Below, one piece after another: positions 1-10,418 of a stretch of 64,000 bases of DNA. The notes under the pieces are model-generated. The model saw nothing but the letters and a program-made list of their open reading frames with translations, searched no databases and was not told where the DNA came from. Location of the stretch: assembly GCA_017644375.1 (NCBI GenBank), contig JAEPLP010000001.1, positions 905,421 through 969,420 of the forward strand. The letters run 5' to 3'. The position numbers were made by a program, and so were the translations under genes. The stretch is from Prochlorococcus marinus CUG1435 (GTDB lineage: Bacteria; Cyanobacteriota; Cyanobacteriia; PCC-6307; Cyanobiaceae). Each line of letters begins with the position of its first letter. The stretch's first letter is position 1.

Positions 1-731
1 GGATAATTGATTTTGATCCATTAATTGAAGGGGTTTTAATTAAGAGGTATAAAAGGTTTCTCGCAGATATTGAATTAGAGAGTGGAGAGGTAGTAACTGC
101 TCATTGCGCTAACACTGGCCCAATGAAGGGACTTTTGAGTGAGGGAGCAAAAGTAAGAATAAGTCTTTCCACTTCTCCAAAAAGAAAATTACCTTTTACT
201 TGGGAACAGGTATGTGTTTCTAATGCAAAAAATGAGGAGGTTTGGGTAGGTATCAATACTCTATTTGCAAACAAGTTAATCAAAAAGGTTATAGAGAAAA
301 ATCTGCTAATAGAAATAATAGGTGAAATAGAGACAATTAAATCTGAAGTTCCTTATGGAAAAGATAAAAAAAGCAGAATTGACTTTTTTTTAACCCCAAA
401 ATCTTCAAATCCTGATAAACGTAACATTTACATAGAGGTTAAAAATACGACTTGGATTAAAGAAAATGTAGCTCTATTCCCAGATACAGTCACGAAAAGA
501 GGCCAAAAACATCTCATTGAATTAAAGGAATTAATTCCTAAAAGTAAAAGTGTTTTAGTACTTTGTATGACGAGAAAAGACGCTTGTTTTTTTGCTCCTG
601 GAGATGATGCAGATCCCTTATACGGCAGTCTTTTTAGAGATTCTCTTGGTGCAGGAATGATAACTATCCCATGTTCCTTTGAATTTCATAAAGACCATGT
701 ATCATGGAATGGAATTAAACCTTTAAAATAG
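1..731 (+). CDS. sfsA: Sugar fermentation stimulation protein SfsA homolog, 5' end cut by window edge
   Basis: The frame of ORF 123..731 stays open back to nt 3 ([41 protein letters not shown]...). This is the typical SfsA N-terminal KRYKRFLAD / HC.NTG pattern, so the true start lies upstream of the window. Confidence 0.8.
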   Translation, partial: IIDFDPLIEGVLIKRYKRFLADIELESGEVVTAHCANTGPMKGLLSEGAKVRISLSTSPKRKLPFTWEQVCVSNAKNEEVWVGINTLFANKLIKKVIEKNLLIEIIGEIETIKSEVPYGKDKKSRIDFFLTPKSSNPDKRNIYIEVKNTTWIKENVALFPDTVTKRGQKHLIELKELIPKSKSVLVLCMTRKDACFFAPGDDADPLYGSLFRDSLGAGMITIPCSFEFHKDHVSWNGIKPLK

Positions 732-814
732 CCAAAAAACTTGATATTTTGAAATCCAAAAAAAATAATTTTTAAATTTAACAAATAATTTTTTAAGGTG
801 CAACTATAAAAATG

Positions 815-828
815 GTATAAACAACTAC
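815..828 (+). promoter_or_regulatory. NtcA-type binding site GTA-N8-TAC upstream of amt1, with a TAN3T -10 element (TAAATT, 852..857) 23 nt downstream
   Basis: Read directly: GTAtaaacaacTAC at 815..828, then TAAATT at 852..857. This geometry fits class II NtcA-activated promoters, and amt1 is a classical NtcA target in cyanobacteria. Confidence 0.6.
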
Positions 829-911
829 TAGACACGGATAAGTTTTTTGAATAAATTTAAATTTGAAAGGAAACAGCACAAACTGTTTTTTTGCAGATCT
901 AATTTTTTTTT

Positions 912-2372
912 ATGACCACTGCTTTGCAAACGCCTCAAAGGCGCTCTAGGTCCAAACTTCAAGATGCAAGTCTTGTGAATGGACCTATGCTCCTTTTGAG
1001 GAGTATTCGAGGATTTAGTTCAAACCGCTCTATGTTGTGGCTTGCAACTGTTCCCCTAGCTTTGTTTGGTTTAGGTATTTTTAATCTTTCAGCTCACGCA
1101 GCTGATTTACCTGAGTTGAATGCAGCTTTTCTTGCTAACAATCTATGGCTTTTGATCGCTACTATTCTAGTGATCTTCATGAACGCCGGTTTCGCTATGG
1201 TTGAGGCAGGTATGTGCCGTTCTAAGAACGCTGTTAACATTCTTGCTAAAAACCTCTTTGTATTTGCTCTAGCTGTAACTTCTTATTGGTTTATCGGCTA
1301 TTCATTAATGTACGGAGGAAGTGTTGCTGACGGCTGGCTTTATTTTGGCGGCTTATTTTTTGATCCAACAGTTACTGCAGATATGGTAACTGATGCTGGA
1401 TTAGTCCCAACTGTTGATTTCTTGTTCCAGTCTGCTTTTGCAGGAACTGCAGCAACTATCGTTTCCGGTCTTGTTGCTGAAAGAGTTAAATTTGGAGAAT
1501 TTGTTGTTTTTGCTGTTGTATTAACTGCATTTATATATCCAATTGCTGGTAGCTGGAAATGGAATGGTGGTTGGCTCGATTCATTAGGTTTTGTTGATTT
1601 TGCTGGTTCTTCAATTGTTCACTCAGTTGGAGCATGGGCAGGTCTTGTAGGAGCTATGCTTCTTGGACCAAGAATTGGCAAATACTCTGATGGGAAACCA
1701 CAGGCTATGCCAGGACACAATATGGCTATAGCTACTTTAGGTGCATTAGTCCTATGGATAGGTTGGTACGGATTTAACCCCGGTTCTCAACTTGCTATGG
1801 ATCAATGGGTTCCATATGTTGCTGTAACAACTACTTTGGCAGCAGCAGCTGGAGCTATTGGTGCAACTATTGTTTCAACATTAACTTCTGGTAAGCCTGA
1901 TCTTACAATGATAATTAACGGAATCCTTGCTGGTTTGGTTAGTATCACTGCTGGTTGTGGTGATATGACTCTTGCTGGAGCCTGGTTCGCAGGACTAGTG
2001 GGAGGAATAATCGTTGTATTTTCTGTTGCAGCACTTGATGCCGCTGAGATCGATGATCCTGTAGGTGCATTCTCTGTTCACGGAGTTTGTGGTGTATGGG
2101 GTACTGTAGTTATCGGTCTTTGGGGTACAGCTGTACAAGGTGATGGAGCAGGTATGGGATTGTTCAATGGCGGAGGTATTACCCTTCTTCTAGTTCAAGC
2201 TCTTGGTGCCGCAGCTTATGCTATTTGGACACTAGTTACTTGCTGGATTGCCTGGTCTGTAATCGGAGGATTATTCGGAGGAATCCGAGTTTCTGAAGAG
2301 GAAGAGACTCAAGGCTTAGATATTGGAGAGCATGGAATGGAAGCATATCCAGACTTTGCATCTGCTAAATAA
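912..2372 (+). CDS. amt1: Ammonium transporter (Amt family)
   Basis: 486-aa polytopic membrane protein with Amt signatures (DFAGSSIVHSVGAWAGL, GFNPGSQ, VHGVCGVWGT). The N-terminus holds a signal-like segment ending AHA/AD. An alternative start is ATG 1032. Confidence 0.95.
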   Translation: MTTALQTPQRRSRSKLQDASLVNGPMLLLRSIRGFSSNRSMLWLATVPLALFGLGIFNLSAHAADLPELNAAFLANNLWLLIATILVIFMNAGFAMVEAGMCRSKNAVNILAKNLFVFALAVTSYWFIGYSLMYGGSVADGWLYFGGLFFDPTVTADMVTDAGLVPTVDFLFQSAFAGTAATIVSGLVAERVKFGEFVVFAVVLTAFIYPIAGSWKWNGGWLDSLGFVDFAGSSIVHSVGAWAGLVGAMLLGPRIGKYSDGKPQAMPGHNMAIATLGALVLWIGWYGFNPGSQLAMDQWVPYVAVTTTLAAAAGAIGATIVSTLTSGKPDLTMIINGILAGLVSITAGCGDMTLAGAWFAGLVGGIIVVFSVAALDAAEIDDPVGAFSVHGVCGVWGTVVIGLWGTAVQGDGAGMGLFNGGGITLLLVQALGAAAYAIWTLVTCWIAWSVIGGLFGGIRVSEEEETQGLDIGEHGMEAYPDFASAK

Positions 2373-2392
2373 TCTAACTGAAAATTGATTTA

Positions 2393-2428
2393 AGAAACCT
2401 GACTTATGTCAGGTTTCTTTTTTTTTTC
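2393..2428 (+). terminator. Intrinsic terminator after amt1
   Basis: agaaacctgac-ttat-gtcaggtttct forms an 11-bp stem with a 4-nt loop, followed by a run of about 10 T. Confidence 0.75.
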
Positions 2429-2461
2429 GAAAAATTATTTAAAACGTTGTAGTATATAAAA

Positions 2462-3658
2462 ATGGATACTCAAGCTTTTAGAAGATCTCTTCATCATTCT
2501 GATAGATACAATAGAAGGGGTTTCGATTCTCCAACAAAAAGAGCTCAAGCATTAGAAGAAGCTTACCAAAGTGATTTGATAAGTTCTATTAGGGATAATG
2601 GTTTTACTTACACTAAAGGCAGACTAAATATTAAGTTGGCCCAAGCCTTCGGTTTCTGTTGGGGAGTCGAAAGAGCTGTAGCAATGGCTTATGAAACTAG
2701 AAGACATTATCCAAATGAGAATATTTGGATAACAAACGAAATAATTCATAATCCCTCGGTTAATGATCATTTGAGAAAAATGAATGTAAAATTCATTTCA
2801 GCTAAAAATGGGATTAAAGATTTTTCTTTAGTTTCTAATGGAGATGTTGTTATACTCCCTGCTTTCGGAGCTACTGTTCAAGAAATGAAACTCTTGCATG
2901 AGAAAGGTTGTCATATCATTGATACAACTTGTCCATGGGTTTCTAAGGTTTGGCATACAGTTGAAAAACATAAAAAACATGTTTTCACATCTATTATTCA
3001 TGGAAAATTTAAGCATGAAGAGACCCTTGCTACAAGTTCATTCGCTGGTAAATATTTAGTTGTACTTGATCTAGAAGAAGCAAACTACGTATCTGAATAT
3101 ATTTTGGGGCGAGGTAATAGGAATGAGTTTATGAACAAATTCGCTAAAGCTTTTTCTAATGGATTTGATCCTGATAAAGATTTAGATAGAGTGGGAGTTG
3201 CAAATCAGACAACTATGCTTAAGAGCGAGACTGAGGAAATTGGAAAGGTTTTTGAAAGAACGATGTTAAAAAAATTTGGACCAGAAAATTTGAATAGTCA
3301 CTTTTTAGCTTTTAATACTATTTGTGATGCAACTGAAGAAAGACAAGATGCAATGTTCTCTTTGGTTGATGAAGACCTTGATATTCTTGTTGTTATAGGA
3401 GGCTTCAATTCTTCTAATACTACTCACTTGCAAGAAATAGCAATTACTAAAAATATTGCTTCTTTTCATATAGATACACCTGACAGGATATCAGTTAAAG
3501 AAAATTCAATTTTGCATAAACCACTAGGATCAGATCTAGAACTAAAAAATAATTTTATACCTAGTGGAAAAATTAATGTTGGAATTACTTCTGGTGCATC
3601 AACTCCTGATAAGGTTGTTGCAGATGTTATTGAAAAATTAATTGATATTGCTTCCTGA
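2462..3658 (+). CDS. ispH: 4-hydroxy-3-methylbut-2-enyl diphosphate reductase (IspH/LytB)
   Basis: 398 aa, long cyanobacterial form. Conserved [15 protein letters not shown] and ANQTT motifs with the three Fe-S cysteines. Confidence 0.95.
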   Translation: MDTQAFRRSLHHSDRYNRRGFDSPTKRAQALEEAYQSDLISSIRDNGFTYTKGRLNIKLAQAFGFCWGVERAVAMAYETRRHYPNENIWITNEIIHNPSVNDHLRKMNVKFISAKNGIKDFSLVSNGDVVILPAFGATVQEMKLLHEKGCHIIDTTCPWVSKVWHTVEKHKKHVFTSIIHGKFKHEETLATSSFAGKYLVVLDLEEANYVSEYILGRGNRNEFMNKFAKAFSNGFDPDKDLDRVGVANQTTMLKSETEEIGKVFERTMLKKFGPENLNSHFLAFNTICDATEERQDAMFSLVDEDLDILVVIGGFNSSNTTHLQEIAITKNIASFHIDTPDRISVKENSILHKPLGSDLELKNNFIPSGKINVGITSGASTPDKVVADVIEKLIDIAS

Positions 3659-3762
3659 ATTTATTATTTCATCTACAACTTTGCTTAGTTTTTTTAATTT
3701 ATAAGTCAGATAATTCCAAAAGATCTACTTTATTAACTAGAATAATAAAAAATTAAAGAAGC

Positions 3763-4323
3763 ATGGAAGACAAAGAACAAACTAATCAGGTTCAAACTGC
3801 AAGTATGAATAGAACTAAAGCTCCCCAAAAAGTTGAGGTTGTAGTTGCTAATTCATCTTCAGGGTCAGAGGTAAATATCCTTGGAGAACTATCAATTTTT
3901 GTTTTAAGAATCGGTTTTTGTGCTTTGATGATTCATCATGGTTTAGAGAAACTCCAAGATCCACAGGGTTTTGCTGAGTTTGTAGTTGGGAAGTACTTCC
4001 CATTTTTGCCAGGTGATCCTGTGATTTGGACTTTTGGTGCTGCGATTACTCAATTGGTATGTCCAGTAGGGTTGGCTTTAGGGATTTTTGCAAGGCTATC
4101 TTCTCTTGGTCTATTCTCAACAATGGCATTTGCGGTTTATTTTCATCTCTTGGATACTGGACTTGAAGGCTTTCCTCTGGCAGTGGTTGAAGGCCATAAT
4201 TATGCCTTTGAATTATCATTTATATATGGAGCTATTTCTCTCTATTTCCTTTGCGCGGGACCTGGAAGGCTTTCTTTATTCAGAAAAACTAACAAGATCA
4301 CATATTATCCAAAATCGACTTAA
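3763..4323 (+). CDS. DoxX-like integral membrane protein
   Basis: 186 aa with four predicted TM segments and a HHGLEKL motif typical of the DoxX family. The hydrophilic N-terminal extension makes the start uncertain. Confidence 0.55.
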   Translation: MEDKEQTNQVQTASMNRTKAPQKVEVVVANSSSGSEVNILGELSIFVLRIGFCALMIHHGLEKLQDPQGFAEFVVGKYFPFLPGDPVIWTFGAAITQLVCPVGLALGIFARLSSLGLFSTMAFAVYFHLLDTGLEGFPLAVVEGHNYAFELSFIYGAISLYFLCAGPGRLSLFRKTNKITYYPKST

Positions 4324-4324
4324 C

Positions 4325-5878
4325 CTAATGCAAAAAATGCCTCTTTTGTGTAAATACCATTGAAATCCCCTTCGAATTACATATATCAATACTTTCTTGG
4401 TCTCTTAGACTCCCTCCTGGTTGGATTATAGATTTTATACCGTATTCATTTGCAAGTTCTACAGTATCTGCAAATGGGAAAAAACCATCACTGGCTAAGA
4501 CAGCATCGGTACATAACTTTCCGCCTGCTTTTAATGAAATTTTTGCTGCTCCAACTCTATTCATTTGTCCAGCTCCAATACCAATAGTTTTTTGGTCTTT
4601 TGCAATAACGATGGCATTGGATTTAACGTGTTTACAAATTTTCCATGCAAAATCTAGATCTAAATTCATTTGATTACTAGGGGTTTTATTAGTTACTGAA
4701 ATCCAATCTCCAGTTTTTTCTTCGTTATCATCGGTATCTTGAACTAGTAATCCTCCCATTATCGATTTAGTAGAAGTTTGATTTCTTTTTGGAAGTTGAT
4801 TTTTTGAAATCTTTAAAATTCTTAAATTCTTTTTAATTTTTAGAATTTCTAAAGCTTCCTCATCAAAAGATGGAGCTACAACACACTCTAAGAAAATATC
4901 TTTGAGGTGAATTGCGGTCTCACTATCAATATGTGAATTAAAAGCAACTATTCCTCCAAATGCACTAACGGGGTCGCATTCTAAAGCATTCAAAAATGCC
5001 TGAGAAGCTGAATTACTTATAGAGGCACCACAAGGATTATTGTGTTTTAGAATAACAGAAGCAAACATTTCGTTTCTTAGTTCATCTTTTTCTGGGTAGC
5101 CAAATTCTAAAACTGTTGAAAGTGCCGACTCTAGATCTAATAGATTGTTATAACTTAAGTCTTTACCTTGTAATTGTTCTGCTGAGTTCCATCCAATGTT
5201 ACTTAAACCATACCAAAAAGCTTTTTGATGTGGATTTTCCCCATATCTTAAGGTTTTGATTAGTGGATAAGATTCAATATATTTGGAAGATTGTAAACCT
5301 CTTTCTTTTCTTATCCAATTAGATATTGCAGCGTCATAGTCTGCTGTATGTTGAAAAGCTTCAAGGGCTAATTTTGCTTTATATGATTCCTTTAATTCAC
5401 CTTTTTTACTTTCTTCAATAAAATTTTGATACTGACTAGGATCTACTAAAACGGAAACGTCTGTATGATTTTTAGCTGCAGAACGAATCATTGATGGACC
5501 TCCGATATCGATATTTTCAATAGCATCTTCCCATTTAGCTCCCTGATCTACAGTTTTTTTAAAAGGATATAAATTGACAACTACTAAGTCAATTAACTCA
5601 AGATTGTTAGCTTCTATATCTTTTTTATGTTCCTCGTCAGATCTTTTAGCTAATATTCCCCCGTGTATTTTTGGATGTAAAGTTTTAACTCTTCCTCCAA
5701 GAATTTCTGGAGAATTAGTAAAATCTGCAACTTTAATAACTGGAATTTTTGCTTCTATAAGATGTTTGGCAGTTCCTCCACTTGATAGGATTTTATAATT
5801 AAATTGCTCTACCAATTCCTTACAAAATGGGATTATATTTTTTTTATCAGAGACACTTACTAAAGCTAATGGTGACAT
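4325..5878 (-). CDS. purH: Bifunctional AICAR formyltransferase / IMP cyclohydrolase
   Basis: 517 aa with an ALVSVSDKK N-terminus, GGRVKTLHP, and a C-terminal SDGFFPF...IQPGGS...D motif. Confidence 0.97.
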   Translation of the reverse strand: MSPLALVSVSDKKNIIPFCKELVEQFNYKILSSGGTAKHLIEAKIPVIKVADFTNSPEILGGRVKTLHPKIHGGILAKRSDEEHKKDIEANNLELIDLVVVNLYPFKKTVDQGAKWEDAIENIDIGGPSMIRSAAKNHTDVSVLVDPSQYQNFIEESKKGELKESYKAKLALEAFQHTADYDAAISNWIRKERGLQSSKYIESYPLIKTLRYGENPHQKAFWYGLSNIGWNSAEQLQGKDLSYNNLLDLESALSTVLEFGYPEKDELRNEMFASVILKHNNPCGASISNSASQAFLNALECDPVSAFGGIVAFNSHIDSETAIHLKDIFLECVVAPSFDEEALEILKIKKNLRILKISKNQLPKRNQTSTKSIMGGLLVQDTDDNEEKTGDWISVTNKTPSNQMNLDLDFAWKICKHVKSNAIVIAKDQKTIGIGAGQMNRVGAAKISLKAGGKLCTDAVLASDGFFPFADTVELANEYGIKSIIQPGGSLRDQESIDICNSKGISMVFTQKRHFLH

Positions 5879-5911
5879 TATGGAAAAGTTAACTTACTTA
5901 AGAATATAAAC

Positions 5912-6529
5912 ATGAAATATGCTATCAATCATGAATTTGTCTCGATTAGCTCTCAAACTGCAACTCATAGAATTATTTTGATGCATGGTTGGGGAGCTGA
6001 TTCAGATGACCTTTTAACCTTTGGAAAGGAAATGACTGAAAAAATAAATCTTGATTTTGAGGTAATTTCTTTGAGGGCACCTGGATTACATCCAAGTGGT
6101 CAGGGAAGACAGTGGTATGCATTATATCCACATGATTGGAATGGAGCTCAGGTTGAAGTAAATAAACTTTTAGTTACATTAAAAAAATTTGATACTGATC
6201 AGATTCCACTAAGAAAAACAATTTTGTTGGGTTTCTCTCAGGGGGCGGCAATGGCAATTGATGCAGGATTTCAATTAAATTTTGGATTAATTGTTGCTTG
6301 TAGTGGTTATCCTCACCCCAATTGGATCCTTGGAGAAAAATGCTCACCATTGATTATTAGTCATGGTTTATTTGATGACGTCGTGCCTATAGATGCCTCT
6401 AGGACTATTTATGAAAAGGTAAAAAGTAAATCTTCTAAATTTTGCGAATTTTTAGAATTCGATGGATTTCATCAAATTGATTCAAATTTAATTAATTTTA
6501 TAAGTTCAAATATAAGTAATATTTTTTAA
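5912..6529 (+). CDS. Phospholipase/carboxylesterase-family alpha/beta hydrolase
   Basis: 205 aa with a GFSQGAAM nucleophile elbow (GxSxG) and downstream D and H (HGLFDDVVP, GFHQI). Confidence 0.7.
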   Translation: MKYAINHEFVSISSQTATHRIILMHGWGADSDDLLTFGKEMTEKINLDFEVISLRAPGLHPSGQGRQWYALYPHDWNGAQVEVNKLLVTLKKFDTDQIPLRKTILLGFSQGAAMAIDAGFQLNFGLIVACSGYPHPNWILGEKCSPLIISHGLFDDVVPIDASRTIYEKVKSKSSKFCEFLEFDGFHQIDSNLINFISSNISNIF

Positions 6530-6894
6530 ACAAAAGCATATTCGTATTTTTCAATCTCTTCCCAATCATCTGCAGTAAGTTCTAGGCCTTCAAATATTTT
6601 TTCTTCACCAATTCCTTCAACTACAATTTTTAGTGATGGAAATAGAAAATGATTTTCTTCAGCGTATTGGGCGCTAAATAACCCTTTTTCTCCCCAAAAA
6701 AACCTATCAGTGGTATGTTCATTTCTTCTGACATTGAAAACTGAAGGCGCAGAGAGGCCATTTTCAGCTATGAATCTTCTTGCTGCTGTAACTGGTTTAT
6801 GTTTGCCAGTTTCGATATGATAAATAGGTACATGTGCCATTACTCTTTGGCCAGCCAATCTTCTTCTGCTGATTCTTTTTCTTTTTTTTGACAT
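6526..6894 (-). CDS. Conserved hypothetical protein with a basic N-terminus
   Basis: 122-aa ORF with coding-like composition. I recognise no catalytic motif. Its stop overlaps the esterase stop in a shared TTAA. Confidence 0.5.
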   Translation of the reverse strand: MSKKRKRISRRRLAGQRVMAHVPIYHIETGKHKPVTAARRFIAENGLSAPSVFNVRRNEHTTDRFFWGEKGLFSAQYAEENHFLFPSLKIVVEGIGEEKIFEGLELTADDWEEIEKYEYAFV

Positions 6895-7146
6895 TGATTG
6901 GTACTCCTGAAATTATTAATGAGATTAGTCTTATTTATTTTTACTAATCTTATATATGTGATTTTAAATTCACTTCAATTACATAGAGGACCCATCAACC
7001 CCTGATGTATCTTAAAATATGATTAAATATTCATATTTAAGGCTGGCTAAAGTCAGACCTCTTTATATATCTTAATACTTTTTTCATATTTTACAAGCCT
7101 TTTTTCAAGTTTTTTTTTTAAAAAATTTCTCAAATTTTCAATAATT

Positions 7147-8283
7147 ATGAATCTTTCAAAAAAATTTGAAGAACTTATCACTAAACAGCTAGAAAGTTTT
7201 GGTTGCTCCATGGGCGTGACTAATTTAGTTATGTATCTTGCTTCAGCTAAGCAAGGAACTAAAGCATCTTTTGAGATGATTGGTCAATGGCCACAAATTG
7301 ATAGGCTACTTACATCAATAGAAGATGATCCTTCATTAAAAGTTTCATCGCCAAATAGAAGATGGTACCCTCTTCAAGAAAACGATATTCTACTTGGTGT
7401 CCTTAGGGTGGAAACTGATTTGAAAGGTGGGAATTGGCCAATATCTCTTGACTCTAGATTAAAAGCGCTTTCAATATCTTTAGCTAAATGCGTCTCTATC
7501 GAATTAGAACGTCAAAATAAAAATCAAGAAATCAATTATTTAAAAAATCAAGTCAATGTCATAATCCATCAATTAAGGAATCCATTGGCTGCTATTAGGA
7601 CATACGCAAAATTACTAATAAAAAGACTTGGTTCGGATGATGACTCTATTGAAATAGTCGAACGCATGATAAAAGAACAAAAACAAATTAATCAATATAT
7701 GGATTCTTTTGCGCAATTAAATTCACCTATTCAACTTCCCCTAGAAATTGGAGAGGAAAGATTATTATTACCTCCAAATTTAGATAATAAAAAGGTAATA
7801 ACTGTTCAGAGTTTATTGAGGCCAATATTAGAAAGGGGTAAAGCTAATGCGGACTTAGAGAATAGAGATTGGACTGAACCTTCTCTTTGGCCAGATTGGG
7901 CTTTATCGCCATTAAAGGCAAAATATGCTGTAATTGCCGAAATTGTGGCTAATTTATTAGAAAATGCTTTTAAATATGCCCAAAAAGATGCTGAAATTGG
8001 ACTCGCAATTACGAGTAATGGACTTTTTATATTTGATGAAGGTAAGAAAATAACCAAAAATGAAAACGAGAAAATTTTTGAAAAAGGTTTTAGAGGATCT
8101 GCCGCTAAGAAGAAGGAAGGCACAGGTGTGGGTCTTTTTTTGGCGAGGAAATTAGCAAAACAAATTGGTGGAGATTTGAGATTGCTGGAAAATAACTCGA
8201 TTGATAATACTGAGAAATTAAAAAATCTTAAGAAAAAAAATATTTTCTATTTAGAACTACCTATAAAAGAATTGCATGCATAA
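7147..8283 (+). CDS. Two-component sensor histidine kinase (soluble, GAF-like N-terminal half)
   Basis: H-box IIHQLRNPLAAIRTYAKLL, N-box ANLLENAFKY, G-boxes FEKGFRG and GTGVGL. No TM segment and no adjacent response regulator. Confidence 0.8.
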   Translation: MNLSKKFEELITKQLESFGCSMGVTNLVMYLASAKQGTKASFEMIGQWPQIDRLLTSIEDDPSLKVSSPNRRWYPLQENDILLGVLRVETDLKGGNWPISLDSRLKALSISLAKCVSIELERQNKNQEINYLKNQVNVIIHQLRNPLAAIRTYAKLLIKRLGSDDDSIEIVERMIKEQKQINQYMDSFAQLNSPIQLPLEIGEERLLLPPNLDNKKVITVQSLLRPILERGKANADLENRDWTEPSLWPDWALSPLKAKYAVIAEIVANLLENAFKYAQKDAEIGLAITSNGLFIFDEGKKITKNENEKIFEKGFRGSAAKKKEGTGVGLFLARKLAKQIGGDLRLLENNSIDNTEKLKNLKKKNIFYLELPIKELHA

Positions 8284-9001
8284 ACAACATTGCAGTTTCA
8301 ACTAGTACAACACTTGCACCGCAGGCATCTCCATTGAAGCCTCCAATTTTGTTACCCAGTATGTTTGGGATAAAACAGCTTAGAAAAATACCAATCAAAA
8401 TAAGAATTAAAAATTTAATTAATATCGTTTGGGATGTAATTGAAACTAATTGGTATGCAATGAAAATTAAAAGAAAAATAATTGAGATCAAAGATTCTTT
8501 TTTAAATCCGTTCCAAAACTTTTTGTGGCTTATAGATTTTTTCTTATAACTAATATATTTGAACTTTTCTATAAAAAATAAATTTGAAAATCTTCCCCAA
8601 AATAAGCATATAGGTAAAACAAAAATTATTAGGTTTTGAATTTTCAGCATGCAAGCAACTTGAATTAAGGTTATAAAAACTAAAGCTTGAACGCCAAAGG
8701 ACCCAACTTTACTATCTTTCATTGCTTTTAAACGTTTCTTTTTACCCGCAAAAATACCATCGAAAGTATCCATTAAACCATCAATGTGTAGACCACCAGT
8801 AATTAAATATCCTGAAGCCAAACAAATTAATGTAGATGCATAAATTGACCAAGAGTTTGTTCTTAAAAAAAGAAAAATAAAACTCTGTATAGTGCCAATA
8901 AAAAATCCTAAAGGCGGGGCAAATTGTGCAATATTTTTAAATTCAGGAATAATTAAAGGTATCTTTGGAAATGTCGTATAAAAAATCCAAGATCCTGCCA
9001 A
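8261..9001 (-). CDS. cobS: Adenosylcobinamide-GDP ribazoletransferase (cobalamin 5'-phosphate synthase)
   Basis: 246-aa polytopic protein with GGLHIDGLMDTFDG (the CobS HxDGxxD motif). Apparent TTG start. Confidence 0.8.
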   Translation of the reverse strand: MAGSWIFYTTFPKIPLIIPEFKNIAQFAPPLGFFIGTIQSFIFLFLRTNSWSIYASTLICLASGYLITGGLHIDGLMDTFDGIFAGKKKRLKAMKDSKVGSFGVQALVFITLIQVACMLKIQNLIIFVLPICLFWGRFSNLFFIEKFKYISYKKKSISHKKFWNGFKKESLISIIFLLIFIAYQLVSITSQTILIKFLILILIGIFLSCFIPNILGNKIGGFNGDACGASVVLVETAMLFMHAILL

Positions 9002-9099
9002 ATTTTTTATTAAATATTTTTTGATGAGATAAAAATAGATTCAATATTAAATAATAGGTTAGATTAATGAAAAAGGATCAAAAAATTTTATAAATTATC

Positions 9100-10218
9100 G
9101 TGTTTGAATTTGAAATTACATCGAATTGTAATAATACAGGGGCAAGAACTGGTATTTTTCATACACCAAATGGTCCGGTAAATACACCAAAATTTATGCC
9201 CGTGGGTACTTTGGCAACGGTAAAAGGAATTTCATCTAAGCAGTTAATCTCTACAGGGGCAGAAATGATTCTCTCAAATACCTTTCATCTTCATTTACAA
9301 CCTGGAGAAAAACTAGTAAAAGAATCTGGCGGAATACATAAGTTCATGAATTGGCCTAAGCCTATTCTTACTGATTCAGGAGGATATCAAGTTTTTAGCT
9401 TGGCCAAATTAAATAATATTTCTGATAAAGGTGTGGAATTTAAAAATCCAAGAGATGGTAGTTATGTATTTTTATCACCTGAAAAAGTAATACAGATTCA
9501 AATGGATCTTGGATCGGATGTTGCGATGGCTTTTGATCATTGTCCTCCGCATACAGCTAATGAAAATGATATTGAGGACTCTTTGCAAAGAACTCATGCA
9601 TGGTTGCAAAAATGTGTTGAGACTCATCAGAAATCTAATCAAGCATTATTCGGCATAGTTCAAGGTGGCAAGTATCCGAGACTGAGAGAATATAGCGCCA
9701 AATATACAAGTTCTTTTGACCTGCCTGGAATAGCAGTGGGAGGTGTAAGCGTTGGTGAGGCAGTCGAAGAAATACATAGTGTAATTAATTACGTCCCGAA
9801 ATTCTTACCAATAAATAAACCAAGATATTTAATGGGAATTGGCTCTTTAAGAGAAATTTCTTTAGCTATTGCTAATGGATTCGATATATTTGACTGCGTT
9901 TTGCCTACAAGACTAGGAAGACATGGGACTGCATTTTTTAATGATGAAAGATTGAATTTGCGAAATGCTCGATTTAAAAATGACTTTTCTCCGATTGACA
10001 AAACTTGTAAATGCGAGACCTGTAAATCCTATTCTCGAGCATATTTGCATCATCTAATTAGAAATGACGAAATATTAGGCCTAACCCTCATAAGTTTGCA
10101 TAATATTGCTCACTTAATAAGATTTACCAATTCAATTTCTACTGCAATTAGAGATAATTGTTTTACAAATGATTTCGCTCCTTGGAAAACATCCTCTATT
10201 GCTCACCATACGTGGTAA
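9100..10218 (+). CDS. tgt: Queuine tRNA-ribosyltransferase
   Basis: 372 aa with [14 protein letters not shown], and a C.C..C...H zinc site ([17 protein letters not shown]). GTG start. Confidence 0.95.
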   Translation: MFEFEITSNCNNTGARTGIFHTPNGPVNTPKFMPVGTLATVKGISSKQLISTGAEMILSNTFHLHLQPGEKLVKESGGIHKFMNWPKPILTDSGGYQVFSLAKLNNISDKGVEFKNPRDGSYVFLSPEKVIQIQMDLGSDVAMAFDHCPPHTANENDIEDSLQRTHAWLQKCVETHQKSNQALFGIVQGGKYPRLREYSAKYTSSFDLPGIAVGGVSVGEAVEEIHSVINYVPKFLPINKPRYLMGIGSLREISLAIANGFDIFDCVLPTRLGRHGTAFFNDERLNLRNARFKNDFSPIDKTCKCETCKSYSRAYLHHLIRNDEILGLTLISLHNIAHLIRFTNSISTAIRDNCFTNDFAPWKTSSIAHHTW

Positions 10219-10251
10219 CGTCTTATCATAAATAATTAAATTATTAAAAAG

Positions 10252-10392
10252 GTGCTCACTCTATTTAATACATTCGCTGAATTGCCTGAGGCTTACAAAG
10301 CCTTTGCTCCAACTGTTGATGTTCTTCCACTTATTCCTTTGTTTTTCTTTTTATTGGTATTTGTTTGGCAAGCTGCAGTTGGATTTAAATAA
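10252..10392 (+). CDS. psbK: Photosystem II reaction centre protein K (not in ORF track, under 60 aa)
   Basis: Hand translation from GTG 10252: (M)[45 protein letters not shown]. This matches the PsbK precursor pattern. Confidence 0.9.
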   Translation: MLTLFNTFAELPEAYKAFAPTVDVLPLIPLFFFLLVFVWQAAVGFK

Positions 10393-10418
10393 AATTCTTT
10401 TAGTTTAGATTGTTAGTA

